Counted from the first letter of the stretch, positions 31,201 through 40,000 are shown. The stretch is 56,555 nucleotides of DNA from Candidatus Nomurabacteria bacterium (GCA_037139835.1 JBAXFQ010000004.1:1-56555); one strand, 5' to 3'. Notes: generated from the letters alone by a model not told the origin. Translations and numbers: made by a program.

Positions 31201-32400
31201 CCTTCTGTGCCTACAAGTTTTGTAGCTTCTGCTGTTTTATCTACTCAGATTAATCTAACTTGGACAGCTTCAACTGATGCAGTTGGGGTAACTGGATATA
31301 ATATTAATAGATGTAATGGTTCTGGATGTACACCTATAGCAAATGTATTTAATACTTCAAATCATTCATATTCTGATACTGGTTTAGCAGCTTCAACTTT
31401 GTATCGTTACTCTATCTCAGCTTATGATGCTGCAGGGAATACAAGTTCTAATTCTTCTATTTCTCAGACAACAACATTAGCAGCTTCTGTTTCAGATACT
31501 ACGGCACCTACAGTGCCTAGTGGTTTGGTTGCTACAGCTATATCCTCATCTCAAATCAATCTAACTTGGACAGCTTCAACTGATGCTGTTGGAATAACTG
31601 GGTACAATATTAAAAGATGTAGTGGCGCAAGTTGTACTCCAACTCAGTTTATTACTACTACTTCTAATTCATATTCAAATACAGGTTTGATTGCTTCAAC
31701 TTTGTATCGTTACTCTATCTCAGCTTATGATGCTGCAGGGAATACAAGTTCTAATTCTTCTATTTCTCAGGCAACAACTTCAGCAGTTGTTGTATCAGAT
31801 ACTACACCACCAGTCTTATCTGGAGGATCTCCATCAGGATCACAAGCTTCTGGTACTACTCAAGTAACACTATCAGTAACTACCAATGAAAATGCTACGT
31901 GTAAGTATTCTTCTGCATCAGGTACAACTTACTCTTCTATGTCTAATACTTTCTCTACTACTGGAGGAACTAGTCATTCTACTGTTGTAACAGGGTTAAC
32001 AAATGGAACAAGTTATAATCGTTATGTAAGGTGTCAAGATGTAGCTGGAAATTCAAATACAAGTGATTATACTATTTCATTCTCTGTGGCTGTAGCTCCT
32101 GCCTCTACTTGTGGTACGGGAGGAACTTGTTCTGCTTCTGATATAGCACCTCATAATACTCGGGTAAATTGTTGGGTTTATATGAGTGGAACTTTCACAA
32201 CGAAATTTACAGCAAATAAAGCTTATAATATAACAAGTTATGTTACTAATGGTAGTACACATCCTGGTGGGGATGTAATAGTATCTCACTGTGGAGGTAA
32301 TCTTTATTCTTATGTTGTAGGTACAAGTGGAGGTCATGCTCACTCAAGTAGTGCAATAAATACAATTCTTCAAGCTTATTATATAGGTCCATTTCAGTAA
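28201..32400 (+). CDS. Large membrane-anchored surface protein with about 8 FN3, 2 Ig-like and 3 cytochrome b5-like domains
   Basis: N-terminal TM helix; repeated DTxAPTxPxGL...LSWxASTD.VGV.GY...AYDAAGN (FN3); three repeats of HNTRxNCWVY..KAYNIT..HPGG..H(S/T)SSA..YYIG. Confidence 0.9.
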   Translation: MRLNTFFIIIIVAILLVGGYFTYDFLSLKNKSKDAFIFHQDGNNVGQEGSTNANIKNNSNIIDVPKIEVLDSQVTLYWSPLPNATENQLYHIISNGVDIGSTPYLKYAVINLEPLKTYPFIVEAVDNSGKVMAQSSELNVTTKSTQEVASSKDKEAPKQITDLSSSNLKPNSADLSWTSPSDSPSGGSVAFYDIRYSTNEITSDSWISSTPISGEIKPLSPGSKQKYILDGLSQGQKYFVAIRSMDLAGNTSDISNVVSFGTQGNLSTSGYVEEDTIAPTVPKNLVATAASSKQVNLSWLASTDAIGVSGYNINRCIGAKCTTVTKIATSNKKLYFNIGLTPSTIYRYSVSAYDAAGNVSANSSIAQATTKAVSAVDNTAPTIPTGLVATATSPNQINIYWNASTDSVGVSGYRINRCNSSGCTPTSQIATPSSRSYSDTGLIASTTYRYSVSAYDAAGNISGSSSVSQATTVAASVPDVVTPPIVNFNSTCGSGGSCTAADIAPHNTRGNCWVYLYGPFTSKFTSNKAYNITSYVANGSNHPGGDIIVPYCGQNIYDYFILGNGNGWSHTSSAINTVLQAYYIGPFSSSSVPLTPTLDTVAPTTPSGLTATAFSSSQINLSWNASADAVGVTGYKIYKNGTQITTTSNTSYSSTGLSSATLYTYYVVAYDTAGNNSNSSSTAQATTQSLTSTQTCGTGGSCTAADIAPHNTRGNCWVYLSGPFTSNFTSNKAYNITSYVANGSSGHPGGDIIVPYCGQNIYDYFILGNGNGWSHSSSAINTVLQAYYIGPFTGSSNNNNNASDTTAPTAPTGLIAKVISSSQIDLSWNASTDATGVTGYKIYQNGIQIDIATSTSYSDTGLTNNTSYTYKIVAYDDAGNNSNYSSSAQVTTQDNSDTISPTVSLAAPADGSTVSGSSVVVSANATDNVGVAGVQFKLDGSDINAEDTVSPYSIIWNSVIFPDGYHLLTALARDAAGNTTVSLSRTINILNNIVTSDTTAPSVPTSFVASAVLSTQINLTWTASTDAVGVTGYNINRCNGSGCTPIANVFNTSNHSYSDTGLAASTLYRYSISAYDAAGNTSSNSSISQTTTLAASVSDTTAPTVPSGLVATAISSSQINLTWTASTDAVGITGYNIKRCSGASCTPTQFITTTSNSYSNTGLIASTLYRYSISAYDAAGNTSSNSSISQATTSAVVVSDTTPPVLSGGSPSGSQASGTTQVTLSVTTNENATCKYSSASGTTYSSMSNTFSTTGGTSHSTVVTGLTNGTSYNRYVRCQDVAGNSNTSDYTISFSVAVAPASTCGTGGTCSASDIAPHNTRVNCWVYMSGTFTTKFTANKAYNITSYVTNGSTHPGGDVIVSHCGGNLYSYVVGTSGGHAHSSSAINTILQAYYIGPFQ

Positions 32401-32423
32401 TAGATGAGAACTATAAAAAATAT

Positions 32424-33416
32424 ATGAAAATATTTTATTTTGCAACTTTTATATTATTTGTAATATTGGGATTTGGTTTTTATGTGAAAGAAACATATCT
32501 TCCCCCTGTTATTTCAAATGAAGTTATTCCTAATCCTATTAATGTAGTAGATGTATCTTCCTCTGCCCCTATTGCGGTAGAATCACCGGTAACTCCCATT
32601 AATGAAACGATAGTAGCTAAGCCTTTATCAATCAGTAAAGAAGAAAGTAATAATGAAGAAGAAAATATAAAAATAAATCCTCCATCTGCTCCTACATTAC
32701 TCTCATTTGTTATCTCATCTCCAACTCAATTGAATTTAAAATGGAACAAATCTTTTAGTAATTTTAGCGATGTAAAATATCGTGTATATAAGAATAGAAA
32801 AGAACTAGGAACTACTATTAATTTGTATTATGCTGACGTTGACTTTTCTTCTACTGCTACTTATACTTATTATGTTGTTGCCTTTGATAGTAATAATAAC
32901 GAATCAACTCCTTCAAATCTGATAACTGTAGTATCCGGTAAAACAAATTTAGCTGTAACTAAACCTGCTGCAACTGTGGTAGTCACTAAACCGACCGTAT
33001 TACCTTTAGTCAAACCAAAATCAACTCCAACTCAAACTACTACCTCAGTAACAAAACCAACTCCAACTCCGAATCCTGCACCTACTCCGGCCCCTGCACC
33101 GGCACCCAAAGCCCCATCTTGTGGATCAGGAGGATCTTGTACTGCTTCTGATGTGTCTTCACATAACACTCGTGCAAATTGTTGGGTGTATCTAAGTGGT
33201 CCTTTTACTAGTAAATTTACAGCAAATAAAGCTTATAATATAACAAATTATGTAGCCAATGGTAGTATGCATCCAGGAGGTGATGTAATAGCAGCTCTCT
33301 GTGGTAAAAATCTTTATGATTACATGGTTTCAGGTACGGGGAGTGGTGGGGTTAAACATTCTTCAAATGCAATAAATAGTATTCTTCAATCTTATTATAT
33401 CGGTTCATTTAATTAA
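32424..33416 (+). CDS. Membrane-anchored protein: FN3 domain, Pro/Thr linker and a cytochrome b5-like domain
   Basis: N-terminal TM helix, FN3, a PTPAPAP linker and the same b5 repeat with HPGG and KHSSNA. Confidence 0.9.
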   Translation: MKIFYFATFILFVILGFGFYVKETYLPPVISNEVIPNPINVVDVSSSAPIAVESPVTPINETIVAKPLSISKEESNNEEENIKINPPSAPTLLSFVISSPTQLNLKWNKSFSNFSDVKYRVYKNRKELGTTINLYYADVDFSSTATYTYYVVAFDSNNNESTPSNLITVVSGKTNLAVTKPAATVVVTKPTVLPLVKPKSTPTQTTTSVTKPTPTPNPAPTPAPAPAPKAPSCGSGGSCTASDVSSHNTRANCWVYLSGPFTSKFTANKAYNITNYVANGSMHPGGDVIAALCGKNLYDYMVSGTGSGGVKHSSNAINSILQSYYIGSFN

Positions 33417-33423
33417 AATAATT

Positions 33424-33966
33424 ATGTCATACAATAAAACAAAAAAAATAATTTCATCAATATCAAAATCGAAAATTTCATTTTTGACGTTAACAATGTT
33501 GTTAGTATTTACTTTTATAATTGGCTGGTTTGTCTCCAGAAACTTTCAACCAAAGTTGATGGCAAGTATAAATAAAATATATAGAATTGGACAAGTTGTA
33601 ACAGGAGAAAATTATTCTTTTTATGTAAAAGGAGTTCGATATGATGAAAAAGGAGCAGGTCCTTTGGTTCCCAAAAAGGGTAATAAATTTATAATTCCTA
33701 AAATAGTTTTAAAAAATACATCAAATATATCTTTTGAATTTATTCCATTTTTATTTTTGTATGTAAAAGATTCAGAAGGTAATGTATATACTTCTGACGC
33801 TATAGTAAGTGAAGGGAACCAATCTTCAGGCTTACTTTCAGCTGGGGATGTATTACAAGAAGAAGTTGGATTTTCAGTTCCTGTAAATGCGAAAGGGCTC
33901 ACATTATTTTTTGAAAACGGTACAACTCAAGGTAATAATGTAACAGCTATAAGTTTGAGCAAGTAA
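33424..33966 (+). CDS. Membrane-anchored Ig-like protein (DUF4352-like)
   Basis: TM helix followed by IGQVV...P..GNKF...LKN...VKDSEGNVY...VGFSVP...LTLFF. Confidence 0.7.
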   Translation: MSYNKTKKIISSISKSKISFLTLTMLLVFTFIIGWFVSRNFQPKLMASINKIYRIGQVVTGENYSFYVKGVRYDEKGAGPLVPKKGNKFIIPKIVLKNTSNISFEFIPFLFLYVKDSEGNVYTSDAIVSEGNQSSGLLSAGDVLQEEVGFSVPVNAKGLTLFFENGTTQGNNVTAISLSK

Positions 33967-33975
33967 TTTATAAAT

Positions 33976-35322
33976 ATGAATCCTTCAATTCCATTAAGAA
34001 AAATAAATTTCAATAAAATAATTATAATATTATTTTTCCTACTTAATTTAGGTGTTATTTTTATATTGTGGTGGATGAAGTCATCGTTTTATATTTTAAA
34101 TCCATCAGGAGGAAATATTTATACAGCTATGGGTAGAATAACTGGACTCTTAGCGAGTTATTTACTTCTTGTTCAATTAATTCTTATAGGTAGAATTCGT
34201 TGGTTTGAATCTGCTTTTGGTTTCGATAAATTGAATAAAATACACCGATTTATTGGTTATGGAGTCATGGTATTTCTACTCTCTCATCCGATTCTTCTTG
34301 TTATAGGAAAAGCAAAACAGCAAGAGGTGTCTTTATATTCTCAATTTGGAGATTATTTAGCTAATTGGCCAGATGTTTTTGCGGCTTTTATTGCTGTAGC
34401 TTTATTTATTTTTATTGTTTTCTTATCTATTTCTGTAGCTAGAAAAAGTTTTCGATATGAGACTTGGTATTTAGTTCATCTTTTGACCTATCTGGCCATT
34501 GGTCTTGCTTTTAGCCATCAATTTACAGGTGGAGATATTAAGGCTGGTTGGCCTATGTATTATTGGTATATAATAAATTTTGTTGTCTTTGGTAGTGTTT
34601 TACTTTATAGATTTTTACGGCCTATATATCTTTTTATTGTTCATCGTTTTGTAATAGATTCTATAGTAAAAGAAACTCATGATACTTGGTCTATAGTTAT
34701 TACTGGTAGAAAAATGGAGAGTTTTAAATTTGCTGCAGGACAATATGCAAATTTAACTATTCTCACAGGCGGTATGCGTTTTTCTCATCCATTTTCTTTT
34801 TCATCAGCTTATAATGGTAAATATGTACGTTTTACTATAAAAAATTTAGGAGACTATACTGCTAAAATACAACTACTAAAGCCAGGTACACATATAGTGC
34901 TAGATGGGCCTTTGGGTCTATTTATACAGAAAAAAGCGAGAAGAGAATTATTCCTTTTTATAGCTGGAGGTATAGGAGTAACTCCTGCTAGAGCTATGCT
35001 TGAATCTTTGGCTCATGAAGGAAGAAATGCTGTACTTTTATATTCTAGTAGAAGTGAAGTGGATGTTGCTTTCAAAAATGAATTCAGCCAAATAATTCAA
35101 ATGGATCCTCTAATATCCGTTCATCATATTTTAGCTACACCTACTCCAGGGTTTGAATCTGGATTTATTGATAAAGAAAAGATTGTTCGTTTAGTTCCAG
35201 ATTTTTACCTAAGAGAGGTATATCTATGTGGTCCGCCTCCTATGATGAGTGCAATGGTTTCAAATCTAAAAGAACTTGGTTTTGATGATAATCATATTCA
35301 TTTTGAAAATTTCTCATTTTAA
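33976..35322 (+). CDS. Ferric-reductase-like transmembrane oxidoreductase with FAD and NAD(P)H binding domains
   Basis: TM His pairs (KIHR...SHP; VHLLTY...SHQ), HPFSFSS, DGPLG, AGGIGVTP, YLCGPPPM, HFENF. Confidence 0.93.
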   Translation: MNPSIPLRKINFNKIIIILFFLLNLGVIFILWWMKSSFYILNPSGGNIYTAMGRITGLLASYLLLVQLILIGRIRWFESAFGFDKLNKIHRFIGYGVMVFLLSHPILLVIGKAKQQEVSLYSQFGDYLANWPDVFAAFIAVALFIFIVFLSISVARKSFRYETWYLVHLLTYLAIGLAFSHQFTGGDIKAGWPMYYWYIINFVVFGSVLLYRFLRPIYLFIVHRFVIDSIVKETHDTWSIVITGRKMESFKFAAGQYANLTILTGGMRFSHPFSFSSAYNGKYVRFTIKNLGDYTAKIQLLKPGTHIVLDGPLGLFIQKKARRELFLFIAGGIGVTPARAMLESLAHEGRNAVLLYSSRSEVDVAFKNEFSQIIQMDPLISVHHILATPTPGFESGFIDKEKIVRLVPDFYLREVYLCGPPPMMSAMVSNLKELGFDDNHIHFENFSF

Positions 35323-35392
35323 AATTTATTCTTTATTTTAAGGATAATTTTGATTTATTGTATAGAATTTTCAGTAAGAGTATAATTATAAT

Positions 35393-36208
35393 ATGAGAAA
35401 AATATTACCATTCATTGTAGTTGTGCTTATAATTATCATTACTGATATATATCTTTATAAGTTGCCTCAAAAGGAGGTAACTGTTACTCCTGTAACTAAT
35501 GATACAATAGTAAATTCTGCTATTTTTAATTGTTTAGAAAATAAAAATATAAAAGCAATTTTTTATGCAAGAAAATTAGAATTAAATCTTAGCGATGGAA
35601 GAAATTTGATTCTTCCTCAAAATATATCAGCTTCAGGAGCTCGTTATACCAATTCAGATGAATCTTTTATTTTTTGGAATAAAGGAGACACAGCATTTGT
35701 TGAAGAAAAAGGTGTAACTACATTTAAGGAATGTTCTATTCCACAAGTAAATTCGAAAAGTAATCAAATAAATAATGATTTAAATAAAACTACATTAACT
35801 AATCCCGCATCTACTAATTGTACTAAGGTAGGGGGAAATCTAATAATAGAAAAGAATGGAAATGGTGATGAATATGGATTATGTTATTTTGAAGACAATA
35901 GAGCTTGCGAAGAGTGGGCGTTGTTAGGAGGAGAGTGCCCTTTAGGTGGTGTTAAAACAACAGGATATGACTCTGTTGATCAAAAATACTGTGCTTGGTC
36001 TGGAGGTCAGACTTTTGCAGTAACAAATTCTATTTGTGTTTTTAAAGATAAATCAAAATGTTCTACTATAGATTTTTATAATGGGAGATGTATTAAAGGT
36101 AAAGTTATAGATAGTCCAGTGGTGTGTCCGATGATAGCAAAGCTATGTCCCGATGGAGCATCAGTAGGTCCTACAGGTCCTAATTGTGAGTTTGTTTGTT
36201 CCAAATAA
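35393..36208 (+). CDS. MliC-like lysozyme inhibitor fused to DUF333-like Cys repeats
   Basis: ISASGARY...FWNKG, NPASTNC..GG...GLC.F....CEEW and a C-terminal CPMIAKLCPDG..VG..GPNCEF. Confidence 0.8.
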   Translation: MRKILPFIVVVLIIIITDIYLYKLPQKEVTVTPVTNDTIVNSAIFNCLENKNIKAIFYARKLELNLSDGRNLILPQNISASGARYTNSDESFIFWNKGDTAFVEEKGVTTFKECSIPQVNSKSNQINNDLNKTTLTNPASTNCTKVGGNLIIEKNGNGDEYGLCYFEDNRACEEWALLGGECPLGGVKTTGYDSVDQKYCAWSGGQTFAVTNSICVFKDKSKCSTIDFYNGRCIKGKVIDSPVVCPMIAKLCPDGASVGPTGPNCEFVCSK

Positions 36209-36300
36209 ATTTTAATTTTTATAATTAAACAATGGCTTGCTTTTAACTAAAAAACTTCTATGATTAAGAGTAGATTATTAATTAACTTTTATAAAATATT

Positions 36301-37050
36301 ATGATGTATACAATTTTGGGAATTATCATTGTTTTAATAGCTTCAGGATTAAGGGTTATTAAACAATATGAAAGAGGTGTTATTTTCTTCTTAGGTAAAT
36401 GTACCGGGGTAAGAGGGCCAGGACTTATTTTTGTTATTCCTATTTTTGAACAAATGACAAGAGTCACGATGCGAACAGTAACGATGGCTATACCTTCTCA
36501 AAAAATTATTACAAAAGATAATGTTTCTATTGATATAGCAGCAGTAGCTTATTATCACGTAGTAGATCCAGAAAAATCTGTTATTTCTATTGAAAATGTT
36601 TATAATGCAGTTAATCAAATAAGTCAGACGACAGTACGAAATGTAGTTGGACAATTTCAACTTGATCAGCTTCTTTCTCAAACTGTAGATATTAATTTAC
36701 AAATTAAAAATGTTATTGACTCTCATACCGAACCATGGGGAGCAGAAGTAACAGCTGTTGAAATAAAAGATATAACTCTACCTGATAACATGCAAAGAGC
36801 TATGGCAAAAGAAGCAGAAGCCGAAAGAGAAAGACGTGCTAAGATAGTAGCTGCCGAGGGGGAGTTTCAAGCAGCGGAGAAGCTTGGTCAAGCTGCCGAT
36901 CTGATATCAAAGCACCCAGTGGCATTACAACTTCGCACATTACAAACAATGGCTGAAATAAGTGTAGAAAAAAATTCAACTATTATTTTTCCAGCTCAAT
37001 TTATGACAACTGTAAATGAAGCTATTAAAATGATAAAAGGTGATAATTAA
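36301..37050 (+). CDS. SPFH/stomatin family protein
   Basis: QYERGVIF, GPGL, ITKDNVS, AMAKEAEAERERRAK, ALQLRTLQT. Confidence 0.95.
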   Translation: MMYTILGIIIVLIASGLRVIKQYERGVIFFLGKCTGVRGPGLIFVIPIFEQMTRVTMRTVTMAIPSQKIITKDNVSIDIAAVAYYHVVDPEKSVISIENVYNAVNQISQTTVRNVVGQFQLDQLLSQTVDINLQIKNVIDSHTEPWGAEVTAVEIKDITLPDNMQRAMAKEAEAERERRAKIVAAEGEFQAAEKLGQAADLISKHPVALQLRTLQTMAEISVEKNSTIIFPAQFMTTVNEAIKMIKGDN

Positions 37051-37063
37051 TTAAATTTATATT

Positions 37064-37504
37064 ATGAAAGAAATAAAAAATGAAGTATCAGGAGGGGAGA
37101 TAAAAGTAACTTGGCATGATAAACACAAGCAGTCAATGACTTTTGGGGATCGTATTGCTGACTCTGTTGCAAATAATATGGGCTCTTGGAGGTTTATTAT
37201 AATTCAAACTATATTTGTAATATGTTGGATGGTTTTGAATGTTATTGCTTTTATGAACCATTGGGATCCATATCCTTTTATACTTCTTAATTTAATTTTT
37301 TCTACACAAGCAGCATATGCTGCTCCTATCATAATGATGGCACAGAATCGCCAGAATGAACGAGATAGACATCAGGCATTAAGTGATTTTGAGACAAACT
37401 TAAAAGCTAAACTTGAGATAGAGAGACTTCAAACAGAAATATCTCGTATGGATGATGAAAAGTTGGAAAAAATTATACAGCTTATATCAGAACTTAAAAA
37501 ATAA
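37064..37504 (+). CDS. DUF1003 family membrane protein
   Basis: GSWRFII, DPYPFILLNL, AAYAAPIIMMAQNRQ. Confidence 0.9.
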   Translation: MKEIKNEVSGGEIKVTWHDKHKQSMTFGDRIADSVANNMGSWRFIIIQTIFVICWMVLNVIAFMNHWDPYPFILLNLIFSTQAAYAAPIIMMAQNRQNERDRHQALSDFETNLKAKLEIERLQTEISRMDDEKLEKIIQLISELKK

Positions 37505-37558
37505 ATATCTACTAAAAGAAAAACACCTAGTCGGAGGTGTTTTTCTTTTAGTAGATAT
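37505..37558. terminator. Bidirectional terminator
   Basis: ATATCTACTAAAAGAAAAACACCT / AGGTGTTTTTCTTTTAGTAGATAT. Confidence 0.85.
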
Positions 37559-37570
37559 CAATTTAAATTT

Positions 37571-37999
37571 TTATTTTGCTGGGCAAGCTTTAATTGCTGT
37601 TTTGTAGTCAGTTGAAGCTTGTTTTATTGCAGCTGATTGTGCAGTAACAGCATCCTTTATAGCTTGTTTGTAAGCTGCATTAGCTGCTTTAATAGCTGCT
37701 GCGCTTGCTACTTTATCAGTATTAGCTTTTGCTGCTGTTATAGCTGCTTTTTTAGTATTGTTTGCAGCAAGTTTTGCTTGTTTAGCTGTGTCGTTTGCAG
37801 CTTTTATAGCAGTTGCTCTTGCTGTTTTTGCAGTTGCAATACATGCTGCTCTTGGAGTAGTAGTTGTTGTAACTGAAGTTGTATTTGTTTTAGGTTCTTT
37901 TGGTTCTGTTGTTCCTGTAGTTGTAGCAGCGAAAGCTGTACTACTTAAGATAAGACCCAAAGCTAAAACAGGGAATATTAATTTAATTTTTTGTGTCAT
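37571..37999 (-). CDS. Secreted Ala/Lys/Thr-rich helical protein with two Cys
   Basis: Signal peptide MTQKIK...TAFA. Start moved from 38047 to 37999. Confidence 0.8.
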   Translation of the reverse strand: MTQKIKLIFPVLALGLILSSTAFAATTTGTTEPKEPKTNTTSVTTTTTPRAACIATAKTARATAIKAANDTAKQAKLAANNTKKAAITAAKANTDKVASAAAIKAANAAYKQAIKDAVTAQSAAIKQASTDYKTAIKACPAK

Positions 38000-38121
38000 A
38001 TATAAATTGAAATTTATTATTAATCGACCTATGCACCTATTACGCATGAATAAAGATATTTATCTCAATTAAGATTAAAAATAACTATTGACTATTACAA
38101 AAATTTATTGTAATACTATTT

Positions 38122-38733
38122 TTATATATTTTTATTTAATCTTGATACAATCTTTTTCCCGAAAAGAGATAATAATACAGCAATCAATAAAAAGAAAAGT
38201 ATACTAAAATTACCTATGAGACTATTCATAGCTTGCCAACTGTCTCCAAAAGAATATCCTATAAAGGCATAAAACAATACGCTTAAAAAAGTACCAATAA
38301 CTTCAAAAATCATAAATTTTTTATAAGTAGATTTACCTAGTCCACATATAATATTTATAGTTAGAGTTGATATTACTTCAAATCGACTTAATATAATGAC
38401 TAGGCCTGGACGTTTGACAATATTTCTTTCTATAATTATAAAATTTTTAGAAGAAATAATTTTGTTAAAAAATTTAATTTTAGATAAAGTTTTTTCCCCA
38501 TATGATCTAGCTAGCCAATAAGAAATATTATCTCCAGCTATATTTGCTGCCATTACGACTAATAATAAAGTAGAAATGCTAAAATAACCTTGACTTGCAA
38601 AAGCTGCCGAAGCCATAAGAAGAGTTCCTGCTGGTATGGGGATAGTCAAAGAAGCTAAAAATGTAACTACAAATATCGCCCAATATTTATAGAGTAATAT
38701 ATAAGGGATAATAGCTTGAGCTAGAAAACCCAT
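38122..38733 (-). CDS. DedA family membrane protein
   Basis: PIPAG, AGDNISYWLAR, SRF, GYSFG. Confidence 0.9.
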   Translation of the reverse strand: MGFLAQAIIPYILLYKYWAIFVVTFLASLTIPIPAGTLLMASAAFASQGYFSISTLLLVVMAANIAGDNISYWLARSYGEKTLSKIKFFNKIISSKNFIIIERNIVKRPGLVIILSRFEVISTLTINIICGLGKSTYKKFMIFEVIGTFLSVLFYAFIGYSFGDSWQAMNSLIGNFSILFFLLIAVLLSLFGKKIVSRLNKNI

Positions 38734-38734
38734 A

Positions 38735-39130
38735 TTATTTATTTAGAGAATAATTAGTAATAGCTTCCTCTAACTTCATTTGGAATTGTATTGTATTGAT
38801 TTTATTTTTTTTGATATATTTATCAATACGAATATTTGGGTATTGAGGATCGGTAATATTAAATACATTTTTTAAATAATCAGGATTAAGTCTAAAAATT
38901 ACATTTAAATAGTCAAATGTCATCCATATTCTTATATCGCTTAATCTAGCTTTGTGATGTCTATATGTGGGCTTGCCATTTATCCTATAATCAATACCCA
39001 ATTCACCTTGATTTCGATATTTTTTAATTGATGAAATCAATAGAATTGAAAAAACAATACTTAAAAATATTAAAATTGTTAAAATTATTAATTTATAGTT
39101 TTTTTTTATATAATTCCAAAATATTTTCAT
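38735..39130 (-). CDS. Hypothetical membrane-anchored protein, coupled to the DedA gene
   Basis: TM helix and a WMTFDYLN motif; 1-nt gap to the DedA gene. Confidence 0.8.
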   Translation of the reverse strand: MKIFWNYIKKNYKLIILTILIFLSIVFSILLISSIKKYRNQGELGIDYRINGKPTYRHHKARLSDIRIWMTFDYLNVIFRLNPDYLKNVFNITDPQYPNIRIDKYIKKNKINTIQFQMKLEEAITNYSLNK

Positions 39131-39271
39131 GTGGTCTAATTATAACAGACCATTAAATATAGTAGTAATTACAATCAAGAACGCTATTAATTGACATATT
39201 AAATATATATGATATACTATAAAAAATAATGATCGTTAAATAACTCTAAAAATAAAATAAAATAAACTGAA

Positions 39272-40000
39272 ATGGAAAAAGAAAAAACAGAAGTTGAAAT
39301 TTTTAATGAAGAAAGAAAAGCTTTTCATAATTATATGCGTAATGTTATGCATGATTTGAGAAGCCCACTGGCTACTATTATTGGTTATCAAAATCTAATT
39401 TTGGATGGTGATAACACACCAGAAGAAATTATCGAATTCACTCAGATCACCAATGATATTTCGCATAAGATGTTTAAAATGATGGAGTTTTATCTACTTC
39501 TAGAGAAAATTGAAAGAGGTAAAAAAGCTGTTGAAATGGATTCTTTTACGATCGTAGAAGTAGTAAATACAATCAAAAAGGTTATCTATGATGTAAACAA
39601 AGACAATAAGGTTGTTTTTGTTTTAGATCATAAAGAAATCCATAATGGTTTGGTGGATTACAAAAGAAAAATTTTGATTAATGAAATATTGATATCATCG
39701 CTTCTAACAAATCTTCTGGAGAATGCTATGCATTCTACTTTGTCTTATGAGGAGGTTTCTAAAATTATTATTAATATATATGAAAAAGATAATAATTTAA
39801 TGATCTCAATTATTAACCAAGGAGAAATTCCTGCGGATATAAAAAACAAAATTTTTGAAAAATTTTCTACTTCCAAAAAGAATGGAAATGGTTTAGGCTT
39901 GTATATTTCTAAAACCATAGCCGAAGTTCACCATGGTGATTTGGTTTACGAACCATTAGAAGGTAAGACTAAATTTATTTTAAAAATTCCTTTCAAGTGA
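39272..40000 (+). CDS. Histidine kinase core (HisKA plus HATPase) without a sensor domain
   Basis: HDLRSPL, NLLENA, IFEKF, GNGLGLYISKTIAEVHHG. Confidence 0.9.
   Translation: MEKEKTEVEIFNEERKAFHNYMRNVMHDLRSPLATIIGYQNLILDGDNTPEEIIEFTQITNDISHKMFKMMEFYLLLEKIERGKKAVEMDSFTIVEVVNTIKKVIYDVNKDNKVVFVLDHKEIHNGLVDYKRKILINEILISSLLTNLLENAMHSTLSYEEVSKIIINIYEKDNNLMISIINQGEIPADIKNKIFEKFSTSKKNGNGLGLYISKTIAEVHHGDLVYEPLEGKTKFILKIPFK

Noticed and set aside
28201-33416. Multiheme c-type cytochrome
   Set aside because: There are no CxxCH motifs; the Cys and His pattern fits a b5 fold with disulfides.
37637-38072. Plus-strand ORFs (Cys-rich and hydrophobic)
   Set aside because: They are antisense shadows of the Ala/Lys-rich secreted protein, which has a signal peptide and a terminator.
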